From: Candidatus Saccharimonadota bacterium | GTDB taxonomy: Bacteria > Patescibacteriota > Gracilibacteria > UBA1369 > 2-02-FULL-48-14 | Reading direction: 5' to 3' | Length of the DNA stretch: 32,000 nt | Assembly: GCA_041661045.1 (NCBI GenBank) | Contig: JBAZVE010000001.1 | Coordinates: 570,001-602,000, forward strand | Part shown: piece by piece, positions 22,556 through 31,526 of the stretch | Layout: every line of letters begins with the position of its first letter | Numbering within the stretch: position 1 is the stretch's first letter | Notes under the pieces: generated by a model | The model's input: only the letters and a program-made list of their open reading frames with translations | What the model was told of the DNA's origin: nothing | The model's database searches: none | Made by a program: the position numbers and the translations under genes

Positions 22556-24673
22556 CTAGTTTTGGAAGCGGGCGGGTTTTAGGGACCAGCTGCTGTCCAG
22601 GCAGTCCACGCAGCCCAAATCCTCCAAAAGAGGGTAGAAGCTGTTGTAAGGAGTGCTCTGTCCAATCTGGATTTCACTGATGTCCCATCCCTCAGCTTTG
22701 CCCACGGTTGCGTAGGCGAGCGCATAAAGCACTTGTGCGGGGTTCCACTCAGCTCCGGAAAGGGTGAAGCTTTCGGGGATTTCTTCGCCGTTCCAGCTTC
22801 CGATCCAAGTCTCCAAGTCTTCGAGGTCGATTGCACCCGCTGTGTTTGCACTGCCGTCTGCAGACCAAGGCCCGATCATCCATTCCAAGGAAACAGAGCT
22901 TGTGCTGTTGTAACCTTCCGCCAAGGCGTAGAAGGACTCGGTGAGGGTATAGAAATCTTCTCCGTCATATGCCCAGTCCGGGGGTCCTGATCGCCAGCTG
23001 TTGAGGAGCCAAAGCGCTAGGTTTTGGCGCTCTTCGGCACTTAAAGATTCAGAGTCTGTTGAGGTGAACAAGGAAACCAGTTCGTCGCTATCCACAAAGT
23101 TGATCTTGCTGTCGTTGGTGCTTTTTTCAATCAAAAATTCCAAAGAATCCTTGATTTTAGCGTAGTTGCTCGCAATGGTGCTGGTTGAATTGATTTGGCT
23201 GCTGGGCAGTTCCGGAGTTTCGGGATATTGATAAGCCCATTGAGTGGGGCTGATGCCGGTTTTTGCGTACACCCATTTGCTCACCACACTTGTATTGAGC
23301 ACATGTGGCCCGGTATTTTCCAGTGATTCCAGTACCGTTTCAACGGAGGTGGCGCCTTTTTCCAGGTCCAAAATTCCAATGTCCATACCGGGGATTCCAT
23401 CATTCATTCGTAGCGTGTTGTTCAGCCAAAAAATACTCGTATCGGTTTCGTTGGTGGGGTCCAGTTTTGCGAGGATGGCATCTCGGCTACTCTCGTAGTC
23501 CGCTTGTGAAAGACTGGCTCCGTGATCTGAGAATCCAAAGCCCAAAACTCGACTGGGAAGGAGTTCATGAATGGCGTCGCTGCCCCCGCTTCGTTCCATT
23601 AAAAAGCCTTCAAACAACCCCACGCCACTGACCAATTCGACTGTGCCGAAGGCGTTTAGCACCGCTTCAATTCCTCCGCCACTTTCATCCACGCAACCCC
23701 CGTAAACGGGGTCTTTTTCGCAACGGACCCAAGAGGAGATGGCATCAAAGGCTTCTTGATAGCTGTAGGTTTCGCCAAGATCTTTTTGTGGACGATTCAA
23801 ATATGTGGGTTCGTGGTGACCGTGGTAGCCGAATTCAACCCAACCGTTGTCCGAAAGGTCTTCCAAATAATCCACAAGTCCCGTTTCGGAATTGCGCTCA
23901 GAGACGGTTTGCGCGTCGGCTCCTTGAAATTGGATGGTCCATGTGAAGTCTGAATCGGGATAGGAAGGCATGATGTCCTCCAAGTAGCCTCCAATGTTCC
24001 AATAACGGTCTTCGGAGAGTTCGTGATTGATGTGATCTTCGGTGTGCGCAAAGGCAAAAAGATAGGTGATATCTGCGGGGGATCCGGAAGTGTCCAAAGA
24101 AGGCCCTTCGGGGAAATCCGTTGCTACATAGGAGTCCATATTGACCATCAGCTGAGCCATTTCACCCCGAGTCACCGAATGAGCGATGTCCGTGTTTACT
24201 TTTTCCAAAATTCCTCGCGGAGCCGCCCACCAATAGTAAGGCTCGTACCATATGGAATAACAGGATTCACAGATCACCACGCCATCGGCTTCGAGCACAA
24301 TTTTTAAAGCTTCCGCCAGATTGATGAGGTTTCCGGGTTTGAAGGAGCCGTCATCATAACCATCCACAATGCCAAGGGTTTTAGCCTTGCAAATGTAGGG
24401 GGCGTACCAAGCGGCCGTTACATCATTGAAACAGAATGTTCCCTCCGACTGGCCGGGATATTTTGCCTCAATTAAAATTTTAACAAACTCCGCTCGGTTG
24501 ATGGTGCTGTCCGGGCGATAAGTCCCGTCGGCATAACCCTCCACCACTCCACTTGCATAGAGGGAGTCGATGGCCGCCTCATTCGTGTGGCCACTCGTAT
24601 CGGTGAACGCCAGTGCGGTGGGAACCGCCAGTAGACTGCAAAGGCTGACGAGAGCCAGGAGGGCTTTTTTCAT
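22556..24673 (-). CDS. secreted SLH-domain protein with large C-terminal domain of unknown function
   Basis: 705 aa with signal peptide MKKALLALVSLCSLLAVPTALA. SLH-like units are present (FTDTSGHTNEAAIDSLYASGVVEGYADGTYRPDSTINRAEFVKILIEA; FNDVTAAWYAPYICKAKTLGIVDGYDDGSFKPGNLINLAEALKIVLEA). The remainder is unassigned and could be a carbohydrate-active fold, but that is not supported by motifs I can name. Confidence 0.75.
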   Translation of the reverse strand: MKKALLALVSLCSLLAVPTALAFTDTSGHTNEAAIDSLYASGVVEGYADGTYRPDSTINRAEFVKILIEAKYPGQSEGTFCFNDVTAAWYAPYICKAKTLGIVDGYDDGSFKPGNLINLAEALKIVLEADGVVICESCYSIWYEPYYWWAAPRGILEKVNTDIAHSVTRGEMAQLMVNMDSYVATDFPEGPSLDTSGSPADITYLFAFAHTEDHINHELSEDRYWNIGGYLEDIMPSYPDSDFTWTIQFQGADAQTVSERNSETGLVDYLEDLSDNGWVEFGYHGHHEPTYLNRPQKDLGETYSYQEAFDAISSWVRCEKDPVYGGCVDESGGGIEAVLNAFGTVELVSGVGLFEGFLMERSGGSDAIHELLPSRVLGFGFSDHGASLSQADYESSRDAILAKLDPTNETDTSIFWLNNTLRMNDGIPGMDIGILDLEKGATSVETVLESLENTGPHVLNTSVVSKWVYAKTGISPTQWAYQYPETPELPSSQINSTSTIASNYAKIKDSLEFLIEKSTNDSKINFVDSDELVSLFTSTDSESLSAEERQNLALWLLNSWRSGPPDWAYDGEDFYTLTESFYALAEGYNSTSSVSLEWMIGPWSADGSANTAGAIDLEDLETWIGSWNGEEIPESFTLSGAEWNPAQVLYALAYATVGKAEGWDISEIQIGQSTPYNSFYPLLEDLGCVDCLDSSWSLKPARFQN

Positions 24674-24690
24674 GGGATTGATTTATAGAA

Positions 24691-25512
24691 TTAAAGTTTG
24701 TCTCCACCGAGATCTTTGATGATCCTGAGCATCTCGGAGTGGAGGATGCCATTGCTGGCGGCTATGTTTTTGAGTTTGGGATTGAAGGAACTTCCATCCA
24801 TATTGGTGAGCGTTCCGCCGGCTTCTTCCAGGATGATTTTTCCGGCCGCGATGTCCCAAGGTTCGAGGTCATATTCCCAAAAACCATCGAAGCGGCCACA
24901 GGCCAAAAAGCACAGATCTACGGCAGCGGAACCAAAACGGCGTACGCCCTGAGTTTTGCTGTAAAAGGCATCGAAAAGTTCAATATTCTTTTTGTAGCGG
25001 GCTTCACGGGCATAAGGGAAACCGGTCCCCAATAAGCTTTTTTCCAGGGTGGCGACTTTAGAAACTTGAATGGGTTTCATGCCCATGAACGCGCCTTTGC
25101 CCTCTTGTCCCCAAAAAGTTTCACCCAAGCCCGGAATTTCAACCACGCCGATGATGGGCTTTCCTTTATAAACCACGGCAATGGATACGCCGAAGAGGGG
25201 AAGACCGTGGGCAAAATTGGTGGTTCCGTCGATGGGATCGATGATCCATTTGTATTCACCGGTTCCCCCTGAAATCCCAGACTCTTCGCTGAGGATGGAG
25301 TGATCTGGAAAATGGCTGTGAATGGTTTTGGTGAGGAATTCATCGCAGATTTTGTCGACATCAGTGACCAGGTCACTGGAGTTGCTTTTTGTTTCAATAT
25401 TGAAGCCTTTTTTCTGATAAGTCAGGGCCATTTTACCCGCGTCGTACGCGAGTTTTTTTGCGAATTGGAGGAGATGAGTTGGCATAGGATTAAAATTGCT
25501 TGCTGCCATCAT
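24691..25512 (-). CDS. inositol monophosphatase family protein (IMPase/FBPase-like)
   Basis: ILSEESG, WIIDPIDGTTNFAHG and WDIAAG motifs are present. 273 aa; the start could instead be at the MPTHLL methionine. Confidence 0.9.
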   Translation of the reverse strand: MMAASNFNPMPTHLLQFAKKLAYDAGKMALTYQKKGFNIETKSNSSDLVTDVDKICDEFLTKTIHSHFPDHSILSEESGISGGTGEYKWIIDPIDGTTNFAHGLPLFGVSIAVVYKGKPIIGVVEIPGLGETFWGQEGKGAFMGMKPIQVSKVATLEKSLLGTGFPYAREARYKKNIELFDAFYSKTQGVRRFGSAAVDLCFLACGRFDGFWEYDLEPWDIAAGKIILEEAGGTLTNMDGSSFNPKLKNIAASNGILHSEMLRIIKDLGGDKL

Positions 25513-25563
25513 ACTTGATGTAAGCGCTTTCTGCAGGGGATAGCATTGACAAATACAGATAAA

Positions 25564-26271
25564 ATGTTAATATTCCAGTACGATGATTTTCCTACAAAGT
25601 CTTTACGGGTTGATTCTGGCCGAGCTGTTGGGTATTCACTTGAGTGCACGGGCGCAACTTCGACTCGCACAAGTGATTTCTGTGGAGAGAAAACACCGGA
25701 CTTTAACGCGTTGATTATGCACAGACTTCTTGGGAAAGATCCTTTGGATGCTCCTGTCGGGCCGCTTGCGGAGCACCTTCAAGTTTCTCAAAGGAAGGAG
25801 CGCGCAGATGGAGATCTCCTTTTGTCACTTTTGGGATCAGACTTTGGTGAAGTGGAGCAACTGTGGTGGCAGCACTTAAAAACAGGGACTTTTTTGCCGA
25901 GTTTTGGGCCTCGTTTGCACCAGGTTCTTCAGCGCTCTGGCTGGCAACTTTTGGATGAAAGATTTATGTCCCAAGCGCCCATTTCTCGTCACGCTTTGGC
26001 CACTAGAGCGATGCTCGGAGGTTTTCCAGATCTTTCCATGGGCATTTGTGTTCAACGAGCTTTACAAGAAACTTTACAGCCTGCTTTACAGGTTTCTTTT
26101 CGGACTCAAGGGCCGAAAACGCTTGGGCGTTTATGGCCGGGCTTTGTGGAAATGGTTCGTGGACCGTCTGGCTCCAAACCTGAACCCTTTTTTTGTGCCG
26201 AGTCTAACTTCCAAGTTTTGGAGGCCGCTTCTCCACTGACTTTTGTAAGGCCCCCTAATCCTAAGAAATGA
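25564..26271 (+). CDS. hypothetical protein (235 aa from ATG 25564; TTG 25546 alternative)
   Basis: Long ORF with no motif recognised. Its stop overlaps the next start (ATGA). Confidence 0.5.
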   Translation: MLIFQYDDFPTKSLRVDSGRAVGYSLECTGATSTRTSDFCGEKTPDFNALIMHRLLGKDPLDAPVGPLAEHLQVSQRKERADGDLLLSLLGSDFGEVEQLWWQHLKTGTFLPSFGPRLHQVLQRSGWQLLDERFMSQAPISRHALATRAMLGGFPDLSMGICVQRALQETLQPALQVSFRTQGPKTLGRLWPGFVEMVRGPSGSKPEPFFCAESNFQVLEAASPLTFVRPPNPKK

Positions 26272-26825
26272 GAGGACATAAACGAAGGCTTTCTGAACTT
26301 TCACGCCTTGATCGGGAAGCCGTTTTAGAAGGAGTTCGAAACCGGTATAGAGCCCCTGAACCCCAAATGGGTGTGGCAGATCTTTTGCAAATGGCTCAAA
26401 TGGATTTTTCTCGGCCGGCGGTTCGGCGCGACTGGGAGGCCTTTTTGCCTTTGTTCGTGGACCCTGAGGTGGTGGGTGAGCTCAGAAAAGTTTTGGGTGC
26501 CGCGGCCTTTTTTCGACTGGATCCCGCATTTTTGGGGCATTCCAATGAGGCGGCTGCGATTTTTGCGGACCGGGTTACGGAAAGGGGGTATCCAGACCTC
26601 GGCACGATTGAAGCCCGAACTCCAGGCGGGTTTGATCATCAAGCTTGGCTCCCTGCTTTATCTCTTAGCGCAGCGCTCCGGAGTGATAGAAGGACTCCGG
26701 TCACTGCGTCCACAGGCTTTTTACGCCGTCCTTTGCAGAGTGACCTTGAGCCGACTTTTTGGGATGGGAGGACCTTCACTTCTCTTGAAAGGCTTTCGCC
26801 ATGGACATATTTTAAGAGAGTTTGA
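26268..26825 (+). CDS. hypothetical protein (185 aa)
   Basis: ATGA-coupled to the upstream ORF. Its composition is more protein-like than the alternative-frame ORF 26371..26880. No motif recognised. Confidence 0.5.
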   Translation: MRGHKRRLSELSRLDREAVLEGVRNRYRAPEPQMGVADLLQMAQMDFSRPAVRRDWEAFLPLFVDPEVVGELRKVLGAAAFFRLDPAFLGHSNEAAAIFADRVTERGYPDLGTIEARTPGGFDHQAWLPALSLSAALRSDRRTPVTASTGFLRRPLQSDLEPTFWDGRTFTSLERLSPWTYFKRV

Positions 26826-26860
26826 TTCTTGCGTGAGTTCTGCTAAAATCCTTGGGCTTT

Positions 26861-28834
26861 ATGCTCAAGAAGAAATTTAAAATCAGCACGGCGATGCAGC
26901 CCAAGGGAGACCAGCCCAAGGCTATTGAAGGATTGGTGAAGGGTCTGGAAAAGGGCCTGCATGACCAGGTGCTTTTGGGAGCCACGGGGACCGGAAAAAC
27001 TTTTACGATCGGCAATGTGATTCAGCAGGTACAGAGGCCCACTCTGGTTTTGGCGCACAATAAAACTTTGGCGGCGCAACTGTGCACGGAGCTCAAGGAA
27101 ATGTTTCCGGACAATGCGGTGTGTTACTTCGTCTCTTATTATGATTACTATCAGCCGGAGGCCTATTTGCCCAGCACGGATACTTATATAGAAAAGGACG
27201 CGCAGATTAATGACGAAATCAATAAATATCGGCACAAGGCGACGGAAAGTTTGCTGACGCGCCGGGACTGTATTGTGGTGGCCTCGGTCTCCTGTATTTA
27301 TGGGCTCGGTTCTCCAAAAGAATATTTGGACATGCGCATTGAACTTAAGGAGGGCGGACACATTCAACGCGATGCGCTTTTGAGGAAATTGACGGATTTG
27401 CAGTACACGCGAGCAGCCATGGATTTTAAGCATGGGATGTTCCATGTGCTTGGAGATGTTCTTGAGATCTTTCCTCCCGGGGGAGACAGTGCGGTTCGTT
27501 TGGAATTCTGGGACGATGAAATCGAAAAAATTTCAGAAGTGGACCCTTTCACCGGGGAACTTTTGGGTGAGCTGGAAGAGGTTGCAATTTTCCCCGCCAA
27601 GCATGCGGTGACGACGGAAGAAAAAATCAAAGTGGCGGTTGTCCACATTCGAGAGGAGCTTGAGGAGCGAGTGAAACAACTTCAAGAAATGGGTAAAATA
27701 GTGGAGGCGCATCGTTTACGAAGTCGTACGGAATACGACATTGAGATTTTGCTTGAAACGGGCTACTGCTCTGGAATTGAAAACTATGTACGGTACTTTA
27801 ATGAAACCGGTCCAAAGGGAAGGCCCGCTACTTTGCTCGATTATTTCCCCGACGACTTTTTGATGGTGATTGATGAGTCTCACATGTCCATTCCTCAGGT
27901 TGGAGCGATGTTCAATGGCAATCTTTCACGCAAACAAACTTTGGTGGAACACGGGTTTAGGCTTCCTTCCGCTTTTGACAACAGACCGCTTAAGTTCGAG
28001 GAGTTTGAGGAATACATGAAGAGCACGATTTATGTTTCTGCCACGCCCGCCAAATATGAAATGGGCAAAAAAGACAATTTGGTGGAACAGATTATTCGTC
28101 CCACGGGGCTCATTGATCCGGAAATCTCGGTGCGGACCAAGGAGGGCCAGATCGATGATCTTATGAGTGAAATCCAAAAACGAACGACAAAAGGAGACCG
28201 TGTGCTTGTGACCACTTTGACCAAGCGCAGTGCGGAAGATTTGACCGAATATTTGACGGAAGCGGGGGTGAAGGTGCGTTATTTGCACTCCGATATTGAT
28301 ACTTTGGAACGGATCGAAATTTTGAGGGACCTTCGATTGGGAATTTTTGATGTGCTTGTGGGGATCAACCTTTTGCGTGAGGGGTTGGATCTGCCGGAGG
28401 TTTCTTTGGTGGCGATTTTGGATGCGGACAAGGAAGGATTTTTGCGGAGCACGCCGGCGCTTATTCAAACGATTGGACGGGCCGCGCGAAACGCCGATGG
28501 CTTTGTGATTATGTATGCCACTCGAGTGACGGCCGGCATGCAAGGGGCCATTGATGAGACCAATCGTCGTCGTGAGATCCAGGTGGCGTACAATACAAAA
28601 CATGGGATTACTCCTCAAACCATTAAGAAAGCGGTGAAGGATATTGAAATGCATCGAAAGCAGGAAGAAGCCAAGCAGGTGCGCCGCTACGACACCAAAA
28701 AAGTGCCCAAAGAAGAACTCTTTCGATTGGCGCAACATTTGGAGGCGGAGATGGATTTGGCGGCGCAAAACATGGAATTTGAGAAGGCCGCCGTGCTTCG
28801 AGATGAGATTGAAGAACTCCGAGGAAGGCTCTAA
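26861..28834 (+). CDS. uvrB: excinuclease ABC subunit B
   Basis: [16 protein letters not shown], Walker [13 protein letters not shown] box (VIDESHMS), helicase motifs and a C-terminal UVR domain ([17 protein letters not shown]) are present. ATG 26861 is preferred over TTG 26852. Confidence 0.95.
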   Translation: MLKKKFKISTAMQPKGDQPKAIEGLVKGLEKGLHDQVLLGATGTGKTFTIGNVIQQVQRPTLVLAHNKTLAAQLCTELKEMFPDNAVCYFVSYYDYYQPEAYLPSTDTYIEKDAQINDEINKYRHKATESLLTRRDCIVVASVSCIYGLGSPKEYLDMRIELKEGGHIQRDALLRKLTDLQYTRAAMDFKHGMFHVLGDVLEIFPPGGDSAVRLEFWDDEIEKISEVDPFTGELLGELEEVAIFPAKHAVTTEEKIKVAVVHIREELEERVKQLQEMGKIVEAHRLRSRTEYDIEILLETGYCSGIENYVRYFNETGPKGRPATLLDYFPDDFLMVIDESHMSIPQVGAMFNGNLSRKQTLVEHGFRLPSAFDNRPLKFEEFEEYMKSTIYVSATPAKYEMGKKDNLVEQIIRPTGLIDPEISVRTKEGQIDDLMSEIQKRTTKGDRVLVTTLTKRSAEDLTEYLTEAGVKVRYLHSDIDTLERIEILRDLRLGIFDVLVGINLLREGLDLPEVSLVAILDADKEGFLRSTPALIQTIGRAARNADGFVIMYATRVTAGMQGAIDETNRRREIQVAYNTKHGITPQTIKKAVKDIEMHRKQEEAKQVRRYDTKKVPKEELFRLAQHLEAEMDLAAQNMEFEKAAVLRDEIEELRGRL

Positions 28835-28866
28835 ATGTCTCGAAGTTAGAGTGAGTTTTAAGGGCC

Positions 28867-28894
28867 TTGATTTTCTTGTGAAGATGAGTACACT
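28867..28894 (+). promoter_or_regulatory. possible promoter of the atp operon
   Basis: TTGATT (28867-28872), a 16 nt spacer, then TACACT (28889-28894), about 24 nt upstream of ATG 28918. Confidence 0.3.
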
Positions 28895-28917
28895 ATCGGC
28901 GTCTCAATTACGCATTA

Positions 28918-29190
28918 ATGAGCCATTCCTCCGTTATGAACAGCAAAAACGAATCCCAGAAAACCATTATGCTGCGCGCGTGGAGACACTATAGAGAGAT
29001 CACTTCTCGTGTTCTAGCCGCCACGGTGGGGACCATTGCGATTTTGGGGATTCCCGCTTACTTTTTGGACAAGTGGATTGGCAGCTTCCCATTGATTTTC
29101 GGCATTGTCCTGGTACTCTCACTACCGATTTCACAATTTGCGACCATAAAATTGATGCAAAAATACTTAAAAGATAACCCTCAAGATTGA
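28918..29190 (+). CDS. AtpZ/AtpI-like small membrane protein of the ATP synthase operon
   Basis: 90 aa with two hydrophobic helices. It lies immediately upstream of atpB and overlaps it. Assignment rests on position and topology only. Confidence 0.55.
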   Translation: MSHSSVMNSKNESQKTIMLRAWRHYREITSRVLAATVGTIAILGIPAYFLDKWIGSFPLIFGIVLVLSLPISQFATIKLMQKYLKDNPQD

Positions 29191-30044
29191 TGTCTGCAGA
29201 AGTTCTCGATATCGACGAAACGGGTGCCATAGCCGAAGAGGCTGAGCACGAAGAAGAAAGTGGCATGCACATTCAGCTCGCCACTGAACCCGCTTTTGAA
29301 ATCGGCAACTTCACCGTGACCAATGCCATGACCGCAACGGTGGTTACCACGCTTCTGGTTATTGTTTTTGCTATTATGGTTCGATGGAAGGCCGGGGTGA
29401 TCCCCAGCCGTATGCAGGTGCTTTTTGAAGATCTTTTTATGATGTTCTTTACTCAACTTGAGGATGCGGTGGGGGAAAAGAAAGCTCGCATGATTGCTCC
29501 TCTCGTTGTGACCTTGTTCCTTTTTGTGCTGGTGGCCAACTCGTTTATTTTAATTCCTATTTTGGGCAGTTTTGTTACGGAGCACGGACACTTTTTCCGC
29601 ACGCCCACCACGGATTACAGTTTAACGATTGCGCTCGCCATCATCACGATGGGTGCAGCTCACTTGATCGCCTTCACGGCGTCTCCACTTCAGCACATTG
29701 GAAATTACATTCGAGTGAAACCTTTGTTTCAAGTTTTGACGGGTAAAAGGCCGGTTTCTGAACTCTTCAACGCCGGGATTGAAATCTTCCTTGGAGTGCT
29801 CGAAATTTTGGGAGACTTTATTAAAATCATTTCCCTTGGAACTCGTTTGTTTGGAAACTTACTCGCCGGGGAGGTGGTGATTATTGTGATCTCCGGGCTC
29901 ATGTTCGCAACTCAGTTTGTGGTGCCCATTCCATTCATTATTCTGGCGGTCTTTGCCGGGCTTATTCAGGCCTTTGTATTCACGCTTTTGTCCACGATCT
30001 TTATATCAAACAATTTGATTCACGCGACTTCGCATGATCACTAA
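29190..30044 (+). CDS. atpB: F-type ATP synthase subunit a
   Basis: Conserved LGTRLFGNLLAGE (essential Arg) in a polytopic membrane protein. ATG 29190 overlaps the upstream TGA by 1 nt. Confidence 0.9.
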   Translation: MSAEVLDIDETGAIAEEAEHEEESGMHIQLATEPAFEIGNFTVTNAMTATVVTTLLVIVFAIMVRWKAGVIPSRMQVLFEDLFMMFFTQLEDAVGEKKARMIAPLVVTLFLFVLVANSFILIPILGSFVTEHGHFFRTPTTDYSLTIALAIITMGAAHLIAFTASPLQHIGNYIRVKPLFQVLTGKRPVSELFNAGIEIFLGVLEILGDFIKIISLGTRLFGNLLAGEVVIIVISGLMFATQFVVPIPFIILAVFAGLIQAFVFTLLSTIFISNNLIHATSHDH

Positions 30045-30093
30045 AAACAAAAAATTTCCTTTATTCATCCTTTAATCCCTTAACCCAAATTAT

Positions 30094-30324
30094 ATGGATG
30101 CAGAAATGATGAAAATGCTCGCCGCTGCGCTCGCAGTTGCAGTGGGAGTTACCGCTCCGGCCCTCGGAGAAGCCCACATCGCCGCTAAGACGATGGAATC
30201 TGTTAGCCGTAACCCAGAAATGGGAGGAAAGATGTTCACCAACATGTTGATCAGCATGGCCTTCGTGGAATCTCTTGGAGTTTACTCCTTCCTTGTTGCT
30301 TTGATCATTATGTTCGTTTTGTAA
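30094..30324 (+). CDS. atpE: F-type ATP synthase subunit c
   Basis: 76 aa hairpin protein with the loop SRNPE (RQPE-type) and an ion-binding Glu in AFVESLGVY. Confidence 0.9.
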   Translation: MDAEMMKMLAAALAVAVGVTAPALGEAHIAAKTMESVSRNPEMGGKMFTNMLISMAFVESLGVYSFLVALIIMFVL

Positions 30325-30335
30325 TTTTTATTTAA

Positions 30336-30350
30336 CCCCGCTTAGCGGGG
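30336..30350 (+). other. intra-operon RNA hairpin after atpE
   Basis: ccccgc-tta-gcgggg forms a 6 bp GC stem with a 3 nt loop, 12 nt after the atpE stop. No U-tract follows. Confidence 0.35.
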
Positions 30351-30369
30351 TGTTAACAGCCCCTTACTT

Positions 30370-30879
30370 ATGCAAGGTTTAGCTACCCTCGGAATTGATC
30401 CGCTGAGTATCCTATTGTATCTGCTCAATACGGGGCTGCTTCTTGTCGTTTTAATTTACGTTCTTTATAAGCCAATTCTTCGCTACCTCGATCAAAGAAG
30501 AGATCAAATAAGAAGGAGCGTGGAAGAGGCACAACTTTTGAAAGTCGAGCTCGATAAAAAGTCCGTTGAAGCTGAAGAAGCTTCCAAGAAAGCAGAAGAA
30601 ACGCTCAAACGCGAAATGGAAAATCTCCGCAAGTTTACGGAGGACAAACGCGCTGAGTTGACTGCCGAAATGGAAATGGCCCGCAATGAAATGCTGGCCA
30701 AGGCGGATGCAGACATCACTCGTCGAAAAGAGGAGCTCATGAAAGATGCCGAACGGGCAACCATGGACCTCATCAAGAAAGTTGTGCTCCACATTGTTCA
30801 GAATAAAGTTCCTGAAGAAGTGGTGGAAGCCAGCATCCAGGACAGTTGGAAGCAATTTAACAGCGCCGACAGGCGTTAA
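30370..30879 (+). CDS. atpF: F-type ATP synthase subunit b
   Basis: 169 aa. A single N-terminal TM helix is followed by a long charged helix, and the operon position fits. Confidence 0.85.
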   Translation: MQGLATLGIDPLSILLYLLNTGLLLVVLIYVLYKPILRYLDQRRDQIRRSVEEAQLLKVELDKKSVEAEEASKKAEETLKREMENLRKFTEDKRAELTAEMEMARNEMLAKADADITRRKEELMKDAERATMDLIKKVVLHIVQNKVPEEVVEASIQDSWKQFNSADRR

Positions 30880-30884
30880 TCAAA

Positions 30885-31520
30885 ATGTTTAAAGATTTCC
30901 TCAGCGCACTCGTTCTAGAAATCCTTCGTTCCTTCAAAAAGGAAGGTGGTTTCGCGGGCCCAAAAATCTACAAAGATTATTTGGACGGTGTGAGTGAAGA
31001 GGATTTGATGAGTGATCTCCGTTTGGTCTTTCAAGTGATCAACGGGATGGACCTCAACTCCCTCAACCTAAAAGGAAGTGCGTTTTTTAAAAGCACTTTA
31101 CGGTTCTTTGCTGAAGATTTCGCTTCTAAACTGGATGCACTGGGGGGCAGTTTCTATTTGCTCCCCTATGAAGAACGCAAGAAAAAGGCAGAGCAGCTCA
31201 TTGAGGGCGACTCCCACACGGTAGCGGCGCTTCGAGATCTTTTGGTTACGAATTCATACCAGGAAATCACCGAAGCCATTGAACAACTTTCCAAAAGTGT
31301 TGCCGATGCAGGTACCATTGTGGTGCAGACACCCCGGGACATTGATCCCGAACTTAAAAAAGAAATGCGCGCGAAACTTGCGGCGGATTTTCCGCTCACT
31401 TTTCCCGCTTTTCAAATCAACCGTCAACTCATTGGCGGGTTTCGAGTCTTTGTTAACGGCAAGTCTCATGACCTTTCTTGGTTCTCTCAAGTTCAAAAAC
31501 TCACTTCTCTAAAATCTTAA
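30885..31520 (+). CDS. atpH: F-type ATP synthase subunit delta (OSCP)
   Basis: Operon position fits, and the C-terminal LIGGFRVFVNGKSHDLS is typical of OSCP/delta. At 211 aa it is longer than usual at the N-terminus. Confidence 0.8.
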   Translation: MFKDFLSALVLEILRSFKKEGGFAGPKIYKDYLDGVSEEDLMSDLRLVFQVINGMDLNSLNLKGSAFFKSTLRFFAEDFASKLDALGGSFYLLPYEERKKKAEQLIEGDSHTVAALRDLLVTNSYQEITEAIEQLSKSVADAGTIVVQTPRDIDPELKKEMRAKLAADFPLTFPAFQINRQLIGGFRVFVNGKSHDLSWFSQVQKLTSLKS

Positions 31521-31526
31521 CAATTT

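Noticed and set aside
26371-26880. 169 aa alternative-frame plus-strand ORF overlapping 26268..26825 and the uvrB start
   Set aside because: Its W/R/C/F-rich translation is not protein-like, and it would overlap the uvrB start. The 185 aa frame is preferred.
26843-28768. Minus-strand ORFs of 200 aa (26843..27445) and 280 aa (27926..28768)
   Set aside because: Both are antisense shadows inside uvrB, whose reading frame is unambiguous from its conserved motifs.
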